NCBI GenBank assembly: GCA_965202585.1
Contig: OZ241830.1
Span: 31,248,001-31,312,000 of the forward strand
Origin: Thalia democratica
Taxonomy: Eukaryota
Reading direction: 5' to 3'
DNA length: 64,000 nt
This document shows, in pieces, positions 51,791-64,000 of the stretch. Position numbers and translations under genes: made by a program. The notes under the pieces are model-generated. The model was not told the DNA's origin. It made no database searches and saw only the letters and a list, made by a program, of their open reading frames with translations. Within the stretch, counting starts at the first letter, position 1. Every line of letters starts with the position of its first letter.

Positions 51791-54124
51791 TGTTGGCGAA
51801 AGTTTGAGTTTTGATTGACAGAATCGAAAAAAAAAAGTTTGTTAACACGTTTCGACGTTTAGAGAGTTTTCTTATGTCTAAAAACAAAAAAAAATAAGAT
51901 TTTAAGAACTTTATATAAAAAGTAATGATAATGCTATAGATTGAAACTCTTTTTGATGATAATTGCATGCTTACAAATTGTTATATCTATTTATTTTATC
52001 GTGAGACAAATACTTATACAACTAATCAGCAGCATATATTTCTCGTAATTTTATTTTCATTCTAGAAAAACATAGAAAAATAAAGAGGAGTAACTTAATT
52101 TTATATAAATATTTTAGGTGTAATAAAAAATAGTTTTTAGTTTTTTATAACTCTTATAAAACTTATCGCATATCTTCAGAATAAAAATAAACCTTTATTG
52201 CAATTTTTTTAAGAATTACAAAAATACATATTGTAACGTATCAACTAAACTTTATTGTATTTAGGTATCTTGATTAAAAATCACTTTTTTACAATATATT
52301 TCTTTTTTAAATGCAAAAATGATATATAAAACTGATATTAAATTCATTTACCCTTATTTGGTACGTAACAATATGCACTTGTGTAACTTAAAAAAAAATT
52401 CGCCAGTAAAACTTTATTTTGTTTTAAATACGTTAAGCATTAAAAAACTTATTACATATTCGAAGACTAGTTGAATTTTTATACAATAAATATTGATCTT
52501 TGGAGTTTTTCAATTAGATAAAAACCATTCCTAATATGTTATATACATGTATAATTAAGTTATTAAGTTTAAAGTATCATTTAACCATTGCTGTATTGTG
52601 TTGACAAAACTAAGAATTATATTTTTTAAAGGGAAAAAGTATGAACGCCAAGTAAAGGAAAATTTGCTAACTCGATAAGCTTTTAATTGTTTATAATATA
52701 AGTTTAATTTGTTGTGCTGCAGTAAATCAAAAGGTCCCATTATTAAGTCATTGTGCCAGCTTTAAGCTTAGTTTAGAGTTAGAAAACATTTAAAAAATAG
52801 TGTTAAGAGAAAAGTAAATGGTTTTGATATGAATTTAGAATTTTTTAAAGTCAAATCGAAAGTATTGGAACGATTAAATATAGTGTTGCTTAAATAAATG
52901 TGACTTTTTTGCCGTGAAGTGGTTTTTTTAAGTATTCCAATATGTTTTTCCAAGACTAAAAAATTACATTGTCTAGTTTTCATATTGAACCTTAATTAAT
53001 ATTTTAAATTATATTGTTCTAATGATTTGCGAAATGTTAGACTAATTATAAGAATTAAAGTATTAATTTTGCTACAAAGATTTTACATGACAAAAAATTT
53101 AGTTAACCAATATTAAAAAAGTAGTGTGTTAAAAAAGTTATCATTGTTTAAATGTTAGAATTTTACAAAGGAATAGTAAAATATTTTGATATAAAAATTA
53201 ATTTGAGTATAAAAAATGAAGTAGATATTTCAATGCTGTATGTTTTCCGTCTATTAGAAAGTTTGACCTTGTAACTTTATTCTTAGCGCGTATAAAATAA
53301 CATACATTTCTCAATGTTTGAAAATCTGCCAAGTACAGCTAGTACTTAATATTTTCACATAAAACTAATTGCAAAAAAAAATTAGAATAAAAAGAAAAGT
53401 GTTTTTTTTACACACATTAAAGGACTTTTTAGAGATATATTAAAAACCATTGTTTTTATATTTATCTATTATAAAGTTATTTTTTAGTTATAATGCAGCT
53501 CTTATAATGCAGATTATATTAAACTAAAAACAAACCATAATATTCAGTTGAAGTAAGTACAGATTTATTTATTTTTTATTTATTAAACTATTTCAAACTC
53601 ATACCACCCAAATAAATTTTCAAACTAAAAAATAGGCTACCAATACCCATTTAAACTTACACTAAAATAGCTTTACAAGCGTTTCGAATATTTCTAATTT
53701 TCAAAGCTTACATTCTAATTAAATTCCACATTCTCTTTACAAAGCAAATGCTTAAAAATGTAATCTAATTACTGAGCTTGCGCTAACTTTTGACTACTTA
53801 AACTTTTTTACAATTTAAAAAAGTTTAAGACAAATGCAGTTGTTTCACTAATAAAAGAGACTAATAAAAAAAACTTAAATGTAAATTGCATTAACATTTT
53901 AACCAAAGATATGCTTTCAATCCTAACAACATGTATCAAAACCTATAAAAACAAACATAACATATGCTTTTTGTTACAAAACATAACATTTTAAATCAGG
54001 CTCATTACTAAATGAAAACAGTCAGTCTAATATAGATGAATTAATTTTAAATTAAAATATTTTTTTCGGAAGCTAACTAACTTTTCTAAATGCTAAATAA
54101 CACCAACCACACCAACTTATATAA

Positions 54125-54495
54125 GCACTAGTTGTCAGACAGGCAAGCAGGTAAACAGCCAAAAGGTAAGCATCGAGTGAAAGCGATCTCGCACAGCGGG
54201 AAGCAGCGACTATGTTGTGCGGGCATTTTCGATGTGAGGGCATGAATTTCCATTTTAAGCCCCCCTTGCTAACGAACGGAGATCGGCCATTGTTTGACTT
54301 TTAATCCTGGCCATTGTGCCGCACAGAAATGATTGTGATACGTCCAATCTCACACAGAGATAAGCCAATCACGACAAAGAAGCGCTTTGTGCACGTTCAT
54401 GGATCGCTGTGACGTAATAATGCTCGTTTTTTGTGTTTTGCTTGCGAAGGACGCTTTCTGTTGAAATAAATACGAAAATCCCGTTTGAGCGATAT
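54125..54495. promoter_or_regulatory. Upstream CpG-rich non-coding island with Sox/Otx/CCAAT cluster
   Basis: GGCCATTGT x2 (54285, 54309) flanking TAATCC (54302-07); inverted ACAAAG-n5-CTTTGT (54374-90); two CCAAT; TGACGT. Confidence 0.5.
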
Positions 54496-55673
54496 TGTTT
54501 GGTTTTTTATTACTTTTTAAGCTTGTTTGTTTGTATAATAAACCATAAAAAACATTATTAAATGCTACATTGCTTTATTTTGATCATTAAATTTTTGTAT
54601 ATTTAACTGTCAATCAAAATAAAACCTCTATTTTTTGACCTGGAAAAAACACATACATTTTCTCAGTTTGCAATTAAAGTTTGTCAATCACTATACTTTT
54701 CGTAAATAGGATTAACTTAAATATTTCCTAATAAGTTGAATTAAGCGTACGATTGAAATGTTGTTCTGTTTATGAATTTCAAACATAACTGTAATGCTTA
54801 TAAATTTCTAAAGTTTAAATAAGTGTTTAGAACTATTTTAGCTTAAATTTTTGGAGATTAACCCAGATAATTTACTTTCAAAATAAACAGATTAACTATA
54901 TGTTTTTTAAAGTTTAAAGCACAATGTAGTGGAATATATTAAAAATTATCTGGAAAAACAATTAAAGTATTAAATTGTGAGCTCTCAAATGACTCATAGT
55001 CTGGTCAAATTACTTTGATTTATTTATATAAAAAGTTATAAATTGTTCGCATAATTCTACAAAAAATATATGAGATTACTTGAATTTTCCAAATGCTTTA
55101 TTTCTATCCACAAAGTTTAGTAGGTGATGTAGCTGTAAGTGAATTAATCAAACTTTAAAATTGTAAATAAAAGCTTTAAATTTTTTTTGTTGCATAACAG
55201 TTAAATTAAAGTGTACAGTTTGTTATACATATTAAAATGTATGTGCTAACTTTCTATCTCAAGCACCAGTAGTAATGCGTTTTCAATAACTTTCCCAAAT
55301 CTTATAAACTCATATGACTCTAATACTTTTACTATTTCAGTTATTTAAAGGTTTAAGTACATAAGCTTTTCGTCTTGTCAGAATAAAGTTTGAACTTGTA
55401 TAACTTAAACAGTTCGCGTTTTAAAATTATATTGCTTTAATGATAATTCAAAAACTCATTTACGTAATTATGCTTAAAATTATTATGACATCATATTGAA
55501 AACTTAAACGTTGTTGTTTTGTCTAATCGCTTAATGTACGTGGAATAAAAAACAATAAAAAAGAAAAAAAGAAGTGTATATAAGCTGGTTGATTTTTAAA
55601 AACTGTAGATCAAACTTTTCTTCAATAAACAAAGCAGCTGTACAGAAAAGGTAATAAGTTGAAGAATTCTAAA

Positions 55674-58292
55674 ATGGAAAATAACTTCATAATGATTTTT
55701 GTAATGGTTGTTCTAACTATAGTTGTTCGTTCAACCGATGGTTGCCAATGTTCTGGTAAATTGCACCCGCAACAGGTTTACTGCAGATCGAACATAGGTT
55801 AGTAGTTTGAATACACATACATACATGAATTCTTTATTAAGCAAGATATTTTTGTAGTTTTATTTTTAAATTTTTTAAGTTAATTTACATTAGTTAATAA
55901 TACTTAAAAAAAGACAGTTTTTAATAACAAAAGGCATAAAATTAAAAGGATTAAGTTACAACTATTTTTTAATTATATAACTATGGTTTTTTTTAAACCC
56001 ATTTTAAGTTTAAAATAAATGGTTTACCGTAAAAATATTATACAACGGTTATAATAAGATAAATTTTATTATTTTATTAAAATAAACTGTGAGTTTAAGA
56101 AAAAGCACAAGCGAATGTAACGAACAATGTCTTTTAGTTCATGCAATGTAAAAATACAGCTTATTAATTTTTGTTATAGTAATGAGAAGTTAATTGGTTT
56201 AAAATTTGAATTCACAAGTCAAATCAAACACAATTTAACATGAACAATTGAAATTTCACTACTTTATATATTTTAACAACTTGTTACAACTACAGTTTTC
56301 GTTGGATTTGTTGAGTCAATAAAATTTGGTTGGAAAAAGCCGAACGGAGATTTTAAATCATATGACAGAAATGCTTATTTAAATAGTAAGTTTTCAGTTT
56401 TAAAAAAGTGAAAAACATCGTGGTTTAATTAAAAAAAAAGAAATAATATTTATTTTCAGATCTAAGGAACCGATTTCGCTTTGCTTACTACCAGTACAAA
56501 ATAAGAGTAACAAAAGTAAGTTTATTATTTTATAAGTTATATAAGCTTGTATAAATATAGTAGAAAAAATAACACAACACTTTAAATTATTTGTAACTTG
56601 TAAAAAATACAAACTAAACGATTAGGTATGTAAACTAATCAAATAAACACAAAAGTAAATCTCAGCTAATTTAAGTTAAAAATAATTAAAGTTATTACAC
56701 CTTAAGCAAACTTACTGTATTTTTGCAAATGCATGAAAATGTTTAGAAAAATACTTATATCAACAGTTCATAGCTACTTAAAATGTCTTTCTTACTTAGT
56801 TTTACAATTATATGTTTTACAGAGATTGAAGGGTAACGTTACCGACAGAGTGTTAACAGTGCATTCACCAATGGGATGTGATGCTGCTCTTTACGAGAAG
56901 AGTTTTTATATTATAATGGGTTTGTATAACTGCAGTATGCTCTATAGCTTTCTAATTAATTTTTTATAAAAAAATATAGTTATATTTCAAAACTTAATAA
57001 GTTAAGTTTTTATGACTTAAAAAAATTATTTTGTTTCAAAAAAATTTTTTTCATAGTTTCAAATACCTCAATTTACGAAAGAAAAAGCTTTATTTTATGA
57101 AGTTTACGAACTATTTCTCCGTAATTGAAGCAACATATGTTTGTTTTTTTTTTATTTGCATACAAACGCTACAGGAAATATGAAGAACAACACGTTAGAA
57201 TTAAACTCATGCAACTACAAACTGGAATTAAGTCATGAAAAATACCAGAAAGCCTGGCAGTACTTGGCAAACCTAAAAAAGTACTGGAAGAAGGGCTGCG
57301 AAGACTGTGATATCTTTTCAAACTTGGTATTCCAGGAAGAAAAACCAAGTGTAAGTTGATTGACATTTTTATACTTAAATTGACCGCTAAGCGTTTTGAT
57401 GTGTTTGAAGACGTTAAATGTACTACAACAGACATACTCAACATAACTAGAAGTAGGCAGTTTTAAGAAAATTTTTGCCTTTTTTCAATGAATTATGTCT
57501 GCTTTTTTAACACTTTTTGACTTCAAACTTTAAGTTTTTTAAATTTCGAGCTTTCATTTATAAATCAAAGACATTATATTTGAAAATAAAAATATACCAC
57601 CAAGAGAGAATGAAGCTATTTGACTTTAACAAACAACATATTGAAAGCTTGTACATTTTTATTTAATTTCCTTTCAAAATTATCGCACGCGTTGTTTTAT
57701 ATCATAATTAGATCATATTGTCTATCTATGACGCAGGCTTAAACCGGTAAAAAAATGTGAACTTTGACCGAAGATATTAGTAAAAAAAAATCTTATGTAG
57801 ACAAAGTGATAAAACTTGTTTTCATGTTTTACTTTCAAAAAATCTTATTGAATAACATTAAGCTTTTCTAAAATTTTTGTCAGTCGATAGCAGAACTAAG
57901 CTTTTACGAGCTTTTACTTGGATAAAAAACTGATACATAGATTTTTTTTCGCTTTTGAAAAAAATAGTGTATACTTCTAGTTATCAGTATAATATAAATA
58001 GAAAATGTTTAACAACTTTACAACTTAATAAAAGTCACTACGATCTAGTCTCAATAAAACTTTTTACACTCGCATTATCCGACATTCAAACAGTTTATAT
58101 AAATGTTTAGTATTTAAGATAAACGTATGTGTGCTCTTTCAGAATGCCTGTACTGTAGTAAATGGTCACGAGCATTCGTTTTGGGCCACATACTGCAACC
58201 TCGACCCAAAAACTGATTCTTGTCGTCTCTACCACACTATAGACCTCATTGGCGGAAGAAAACAAGAAACTGTAGAATATTATTACGATTAA
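55674..58292 (+). CDS. TIMP: Tissue inhibitor of metalloproteinases (TIMP), secreted, 6 exons
   Basis: Exons 55674-55797, 56296-56385, 56460-56515, 56823-56919, 57175-57350 and 58143-58292 join in frame. Signal peptide, then mature C-Q-C-S-G-K-L-H-P-Q-Q-V-Y-C (TIMP C-x-C...HPQ...C signature), YQYKIRVTKRLKG, six N-domain Cys and a four-Cys C-domain. Confidence 0.92.
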
Positions 58293-60090
58293 ATCGTTCA
58301 ATTTGGCTGGTAGTTTCTTCTTATATGCATAATTTTATTTTTAGTTGTGCTGGTTTACAACTAAAATGTTCGTTCTGTTTACAATGCTGGCTATTTAATA
58401 ATTAATGGCAGTTTATGTATGTAAAATTGTTGTACTGAGTTATTGTCATGCTAGCTTTGAAAGACTACTTGACCACATAAAAGTTATAGCTGGAAGTTTG
58501 TAGAAGGTTTTTGCTTTGATTTTTTTTTATTTGTTTTACTTTGTAACTGCTTTACATTTCAAATCATTACTTTGTTATTTGCAACTGGAATTACATACTA
58601 AGGTTGCTGTTAAACTTTTTTGTGGGCGCTAATGTACACTCATTTACTAATAATATTTTCATTTGTAAACTATTTTAAAAAATATTTTTTTTTATAACTT
58701 ATAACTCAATGTATTTTTAACAAACTATTATCGTTCAAGCGTTATACTTGTGTCTACTAGTTTTTCATTATAATAAAAACGTACATTAGTGATTTTTAGC
58801 TTTATTAAACGATCAATTGTAAGTTTTCGTTAATTTTTGGCGTTTATTTTCGTTACTATTAGTTTGAACTTAGGATTTAACACCTTATATTAGTAAACTT
58901 CATACAATGTCTTTTTTTTTACTGTTACTAATAAAACTTGTTAAATTTACTATTTAGTCATATATTTAACTAAGTTTGTCAAACTTTTTAAATAGACAAG
59001 GCCAAAAATATTAGTATATACTTTTTGAAATTTAAAAATTAACCTTGAACTTCAGCGTTTATAAAAGTAACTTTCATAATACTTTCTTTTTAGTTTTAGT
59101 AAAATAAAAACAAACATTTACAATATATTTATATCGTTTAACGTAAAGGTCTAAATATTTGTGTTAGTTTTGTAGCTTCTATTTGTATTCATTATTGCGA
59201 TCTTATCAAAAGCTATAAACTCAATTTTAATATCTTATTTTTACTTAATAGTTAAAAACTTTCCGAGAAATTAACTATTGAAAATCAAAAGAAATAAAGC
59301 TAAAAAACAAAAGCAACGTTTTATGTTACTTTGAAAAAGTATTTTATAGGTTTTTTTTTCTACATAGCATAAATTAAACAAAAATATAATACTTAATATA
59401 TGAGCAACACTAAGCGGTAAAAAAATTGTATAATTTAGTTTTACAAGAGTTTATACAGTTTTAAAATTACTTTACAGAATTTTCTTAATGTCTTTACTAA
59501 TAGACAAAAACTTTTATATAATATAAAAAAATTTTCAACATTAACATGTATAAATTTAAAACTTTAAAAAATTATCATTAAAAAAAAAATTTTGTTTTAT
59601 GTATAGCATATTGTTACAAAACTAAGAATAAATTCGTTGATATATAATATTGATCTTTAATATTAATATATCATACACTTTATTAAGGCTTTTTCAAAAA
59701 AAAAAAAAGAATAAAAAGAATAAATTCAAAAACTTTTTAAAATAAATGCAGAGTAAGTGAAAAATTTATTCAAAATCAAAACACGTTACTGTAAGACAAG
59801 TTTTGTTCTACAAAGCATTTAGTTTTATAAATGTAAATATAAGCCTTAAATTGTTGAGATTTTGAGATAGAAATGATTAAACAATAGCTTCAGATAAAAA
59901 AATTAACAGTTTAATGCATAATAACAACATGTCAGATAATTTTTTGATAAACTGGTTTTGTAAAAAAGAATTTATTTAACTCTAGAATTAGAACTGTCTC
60001 TGTACTATATAATTTTAAAAAACTGGCTGATAATTGTTTTAAAAAAATTCTAAATTACTAAACTTAGAAGTGAGTTACAAAACTATGTTT

Positions 60091-60762
60091 TTATTTCTTG
60101 CCAACTTTAGCATTATCTTTCGCATGTATACCATCAACATTTAGGTTTCCTCCAATTTTTACATTTACACCTTCAGGTAATTTAGGCATACTTGATGGTT
60201 GGTTTCCTGTGTAAAGCATTTAACTTTAAAGTATTTGAAAATGTATTTTATCTTTATAGAATACAAGTCTTGATTTATTTTTTTAAAAGAACCTTCATTT
60301 TTAATTTCCAAATTTTCTACAACTGCATCATTTTCCGCATAAACTCCTCCAATTCTACAATCCTTTTCAATTTCAATATCCTTATTTAAAACGCTACCTG
60401 AGTATTTTTAGGATTAATTAGTTTAAGTTAGTTAGAACAGCTTTGAAAAATTTATTACTTTAAGAGAGTTTTTTTGTTTAACAATACAATATTATTGCGT
60501 TTCATATGATGTTATTAAACTCATGGAGATTTTTTTGCATCAATTTTTATAGCAATTCAAAAATAAAACTATAGTGTTTTGTTTAAAATTTTGTAATCAA
60601 AGTTAAGTATGATGAAAAAATAGTGAAAACAGTTAAATAAAAACAGGTCGTACTTTTACTTCCAACGTTATTCAAACTCGTATTTTCTATTTTTCCATTG
60701 TCTTTAACTTGAAGTGTACCAAAATTTGCATTTTTTCATACATATTTTGGTGGTGTCGACAT
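60091..60762 (-). CDS. Small 3-exon gene, 107 codons, three internal repeats, in-frame TGA at codon 9 (pseudogene, null allele or read-through)
   Basis: Exons 60762-60660, 60397-60293 and 60206-60091 (phase 1, phase 1, GT-AG) give MSTPPKYV*KNANFGTLQVKDNGKIENTSLNNVGSSVLNKDIEIEKDCRIGGVYAENDAVVENLEIKNEGNQPSSMPKLPEGVNVKIGGNLNVDGIHAKDNAKVGKK. Possible 5' UTR exon ending at a GTAAG donor near 61155. Confidence 0.6.
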
Positions 60763-63700
60763 TTTAAAAGTATATCATTTAGTAGTTGAAATATCTAAAA
60801 GTTTAATTTTTTTTTAGTAAAGGTTTTTACCAACTAAGTATAGCTTATGTTGTCTAAATATTTAAATTATTTTAGTTTGATTTACTTTTAAGTATATATT
60901 TAAAAACATAATATAAAAGAATTCTAAAATTAAACAGTTTCAAACTTAAGTTTTTGTTTAAAACAATTTAGATTAGTTTTAGCTTTATTCATATTTTAGT
61001 TTTAGTAGTTTTTATTCAGGTACTTAGCATGGCTTTTCCTACTAAAAAAAAGAAATTGTTATTTAGAAAGTAAGTTTTTAACAAAATAAGCTTGATTATT
61101 TTTAAATATATTTCATACTGAAACAAATTGTTAAAAATAATTAAGCTAGTCTTACCACACAGAAGTAAATAAATATCTATGAAGAACTTCTGACACTCTC
61201 TGAATTCATTTTTATATTGTACATGTCTATCTACAGCTGCTGAACCACTGTAGTTTTTAAGATTTTTACCGCAAGCCCAATGCACTCACTTAATTATTGA
61301 AAGAAGTGTTGCTATACGCTTAAAAAATTTAAAAGACTCAGAATATAAAGTTTTTTGATTTGTATTAGTTTTCAAATTTTTCATATAGCGTTGCAAAACA
61401 AAATACTTATCTAGTAAAAATTTTGAGAAACCTAAGATATTAATAGACTGTTTCAACTTGTTTACACTAATAAACCAAGTAAAACTGAAAAAAAATTTAG
61501 CACTCTAACATATATGCAAAAGTAAAAATAAAAGTAAAACTATTCAATAAAACCTAAAACTCCTATGTAAAATTTTAGTCAACTATGTTAATACACCAGT
61601 TACAGAATTGCTTTTAGTTTTTGCAAAAAGCAGAACAAACTTTTGTGCGTGAACTTGACTTTTATTGATTAATTGTTTGCTCACAACAATCATTGCTTAT
61701 CCAAATAAACCACAATAAATAATTTTTTTGGGTAATTTAATAATATATTTTTTTGGGAATTTTTAAACTCAAAAAAAATAACAAAATAGTTTCCAAGGGA
61801 CTTTTTTATTACAAAAAGGTTAACAAACTTTTGTTTTTAAATATAAAAACTTAAATGAAATAAAATTTTTATAATACTAAACATAAGGTATAAGCATTTT
61901 AATAAGAACACTTTCAACTTTTAATTTATACATAAAAATATAGCACCTTAACTTTCTTTGTAGTAAAATTGATTGTTTTTTGACCACCTGACTTTACCAT
62001 TTATAATAAAAACATTGTTCTGTTTTTAAATGTTTTCAGTTTTGTTAGAAGTTATTCAAACAAAGAATAGTTTTTCAAATGATAAAGTATTATAACAATC
62101 TTATACTCACGTTTTGTTTTATTATTTAAAAATTAAAAACTACATCAGCATTTAGCATAAGAATATTTAAAACTGATAGTTAAATTACACCAAGTAAAAA
62201 AAAAGTTACAAAAAATATTTTAACTTTAAAATCAAAATGTCTTTAATTAAATCTGTTTAATAATGATTAGAAAAAGAAATGTATTACTTAAATCTATTTA
62301 CACAAAACCACACCTAATTTGAAAACATAAAAGCTTCAAATAGTTTGCTTAACGTTAAGACTATATAAGGAAATTAAGGGGTTTGGAACTAATTGTTTGC
62401 TAAATGAAAACAATTTAGTGTTTCTTTTTTATCTTCGTACTGAATTCTGCAACCTAATTGCCTCTTACTATTTAAAATAAATGTCGTAAATTTTGTTCAC
62501 AACAACTTTTACTAGCAACTAATCGTTTTAGTAGTTTGCATTCCTGTTAATATTGTTTCAAGGTCATAGCTAGTAAACTGAACTAATTTTAAAGTATTTA
62601 ATTAACTTTTATTGAATATCTTCGTTTCCATACATTTTTTTGAAGAAATATGCTGATATTTTCTGTTTATTACTAATTAAATACCTTAATAAAATATATC
62701 AAAATTAATCAGAATATCACTGCAGTCTCCTTAAAGTTTTAAAAGCTTTTTTTTTATCATAGTAATTATTTAACTTAAATTATGTGTAATTCTTTACATA
62801 AAAACTTATATTGAAAGTTATAACTTATATATAACCAGATTTGAAAAAAGTGACACGAAATATTCAACACACATAATAGTTGTGACAAACAAAATTACAA
62901 GTTTAAAATTTAAAGTAAGACCTGTTTTAAGAATTAACTAAGCTTTGTTGCTGTTTTGAGTTTTAAACCAAGTAGAACTATTAATAAAATAAAAAATGTT
63001 AAACAAACGTTTTATCTATTTTTATTTCCTTAAAAAAATTATTACTTATTGTTAATCTATAATAAATTCCTACATCATAAACTGATAGAGCTAAAAAAAG
63101 CAAAAAATTCATCATGTAAAACATATTGAAAATTCTCAGTGATGAAGTTGATTAGTCAAAAACTTTTTTTTTTACATTATATAATATACTGTACAATTTT
63201 GAAAAATATGTAATATATAGTTTAAAAAACACTCGTGTTTTCTTTATGCAAAGAAAATGAACTAATACTTTAAAGTCCAGCATTTGAAAATTTTGCTAGT
63301 TGTACAAAATTAATTGAAACGAATTGACCTTTCTAAATGTAAATTATTATTTAATTTTTAGCTTAAAAAAGAGAAGCTTAAAAATTTCTCGTTTTAGTTT
63401 AATGAAAATGTAAAATAACTTAAGGGGACTTAATTTTTATACACAAAGTATATAAAACAAATCACGTCGTAGAAGTTTTAAATATAATTTTGATGTAGAA
63501 CAAATTGTTTTTATTTGTAAGTTAGTTTTTGTACTGTTTAATTATTATTTCTATAGTTTTGATGATTAAAATTAAAGTATAAAAAATTCACCATAAAATT
63601 ATTTGAATTAAAATTTAATCAAAATATCTTGTAAAGCTATGCTAACTGGTATACTGATTCAATTTATGTCGATGTTTTATTTTCAAAAAAAAATCTAAAT

Positions 63701-64000
63701 TGTTTTCTATTTCTTATTGTATAGTTTAATAAACAGCAAATACAATTAACTATTTATTGCAAACATAATTAGGTGTTATAACTTATAAAACTATTAACGT
63801 TGTCTATTAAGCTAATAAAAACAGTTTTTTGTATAGAACACTTAGCTATGCTAATCACAGCTTTTAGTTTTACTTTTACCTTAGTACCTAGTTTTAAAAT
63901 AAGAATAAGGTTTCAAACTACATAAAAACTTTTAACAGGGGAGTTTAAAAGAGGGTTTGTTTTAATGTAATTTACGTAACAAAATTAATTATCACATGTT

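Noticed and set aside
61155-61285. Minus-strand ORF 61016-61285 as a coding first exon of the micro-gene
   Set aside because: Splicing its GTAAG donor to the acceptor at about 60795 meets an in-frame TGA before the ATG, so it is at most a 5' UTR exon.

Overview
This is AT-rich (about 20-25% GC outside exons) eukaryotic animal genomic DNA with short spliceosomal introns and GC/CpG-richer exons. The lineage cannot be fixed from sequence; the fast-evolving Six3/6 would fit a long-branch invertebrate such as an acoel or tunicate, which is a guess. Intact spliced genes: (1) the 3' part of an uncharacterised >1550-aa nuclear protein (+, <1-8070, 16 exons); (2) a divergent 5-exon Six3/6 (optix-class) homeobox gene (-, 41363-48351) surrounded by GC-rich, motif-dense non-coding islands; (3) a 6-exon TIMP (+, 55674-58292). 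Features missed by the ORF track: a decayed array of about 8 Sushi/CCP-like exons abutting two ARF-GTPase C-terminal exons (-, 29.8-33.8 kb), and a 3-exon, 107-codon tri-repeat gene with amyloid/beta-solenoid-like repeats and one in-frame TGA (-, 60091-60762). Mobile DNA: a hAT MITE with a perfect 8-bp TSD, a Tc1/mariner-pogo MITE with a TA TSD, a MULE-like MITE, an isolated gypsy-type gag relic with a tandemly duplicated Zn module, and a dead Penelope-like (Naiad-type) retroelement whose terminal repeats each carry a minimal hammerhead ribozyme. There is also a frameshifted intronless RING ORF. No rRNA, intact tRNA or CRISPR array was found. All translations and alignments were done by eye; no database search was run.
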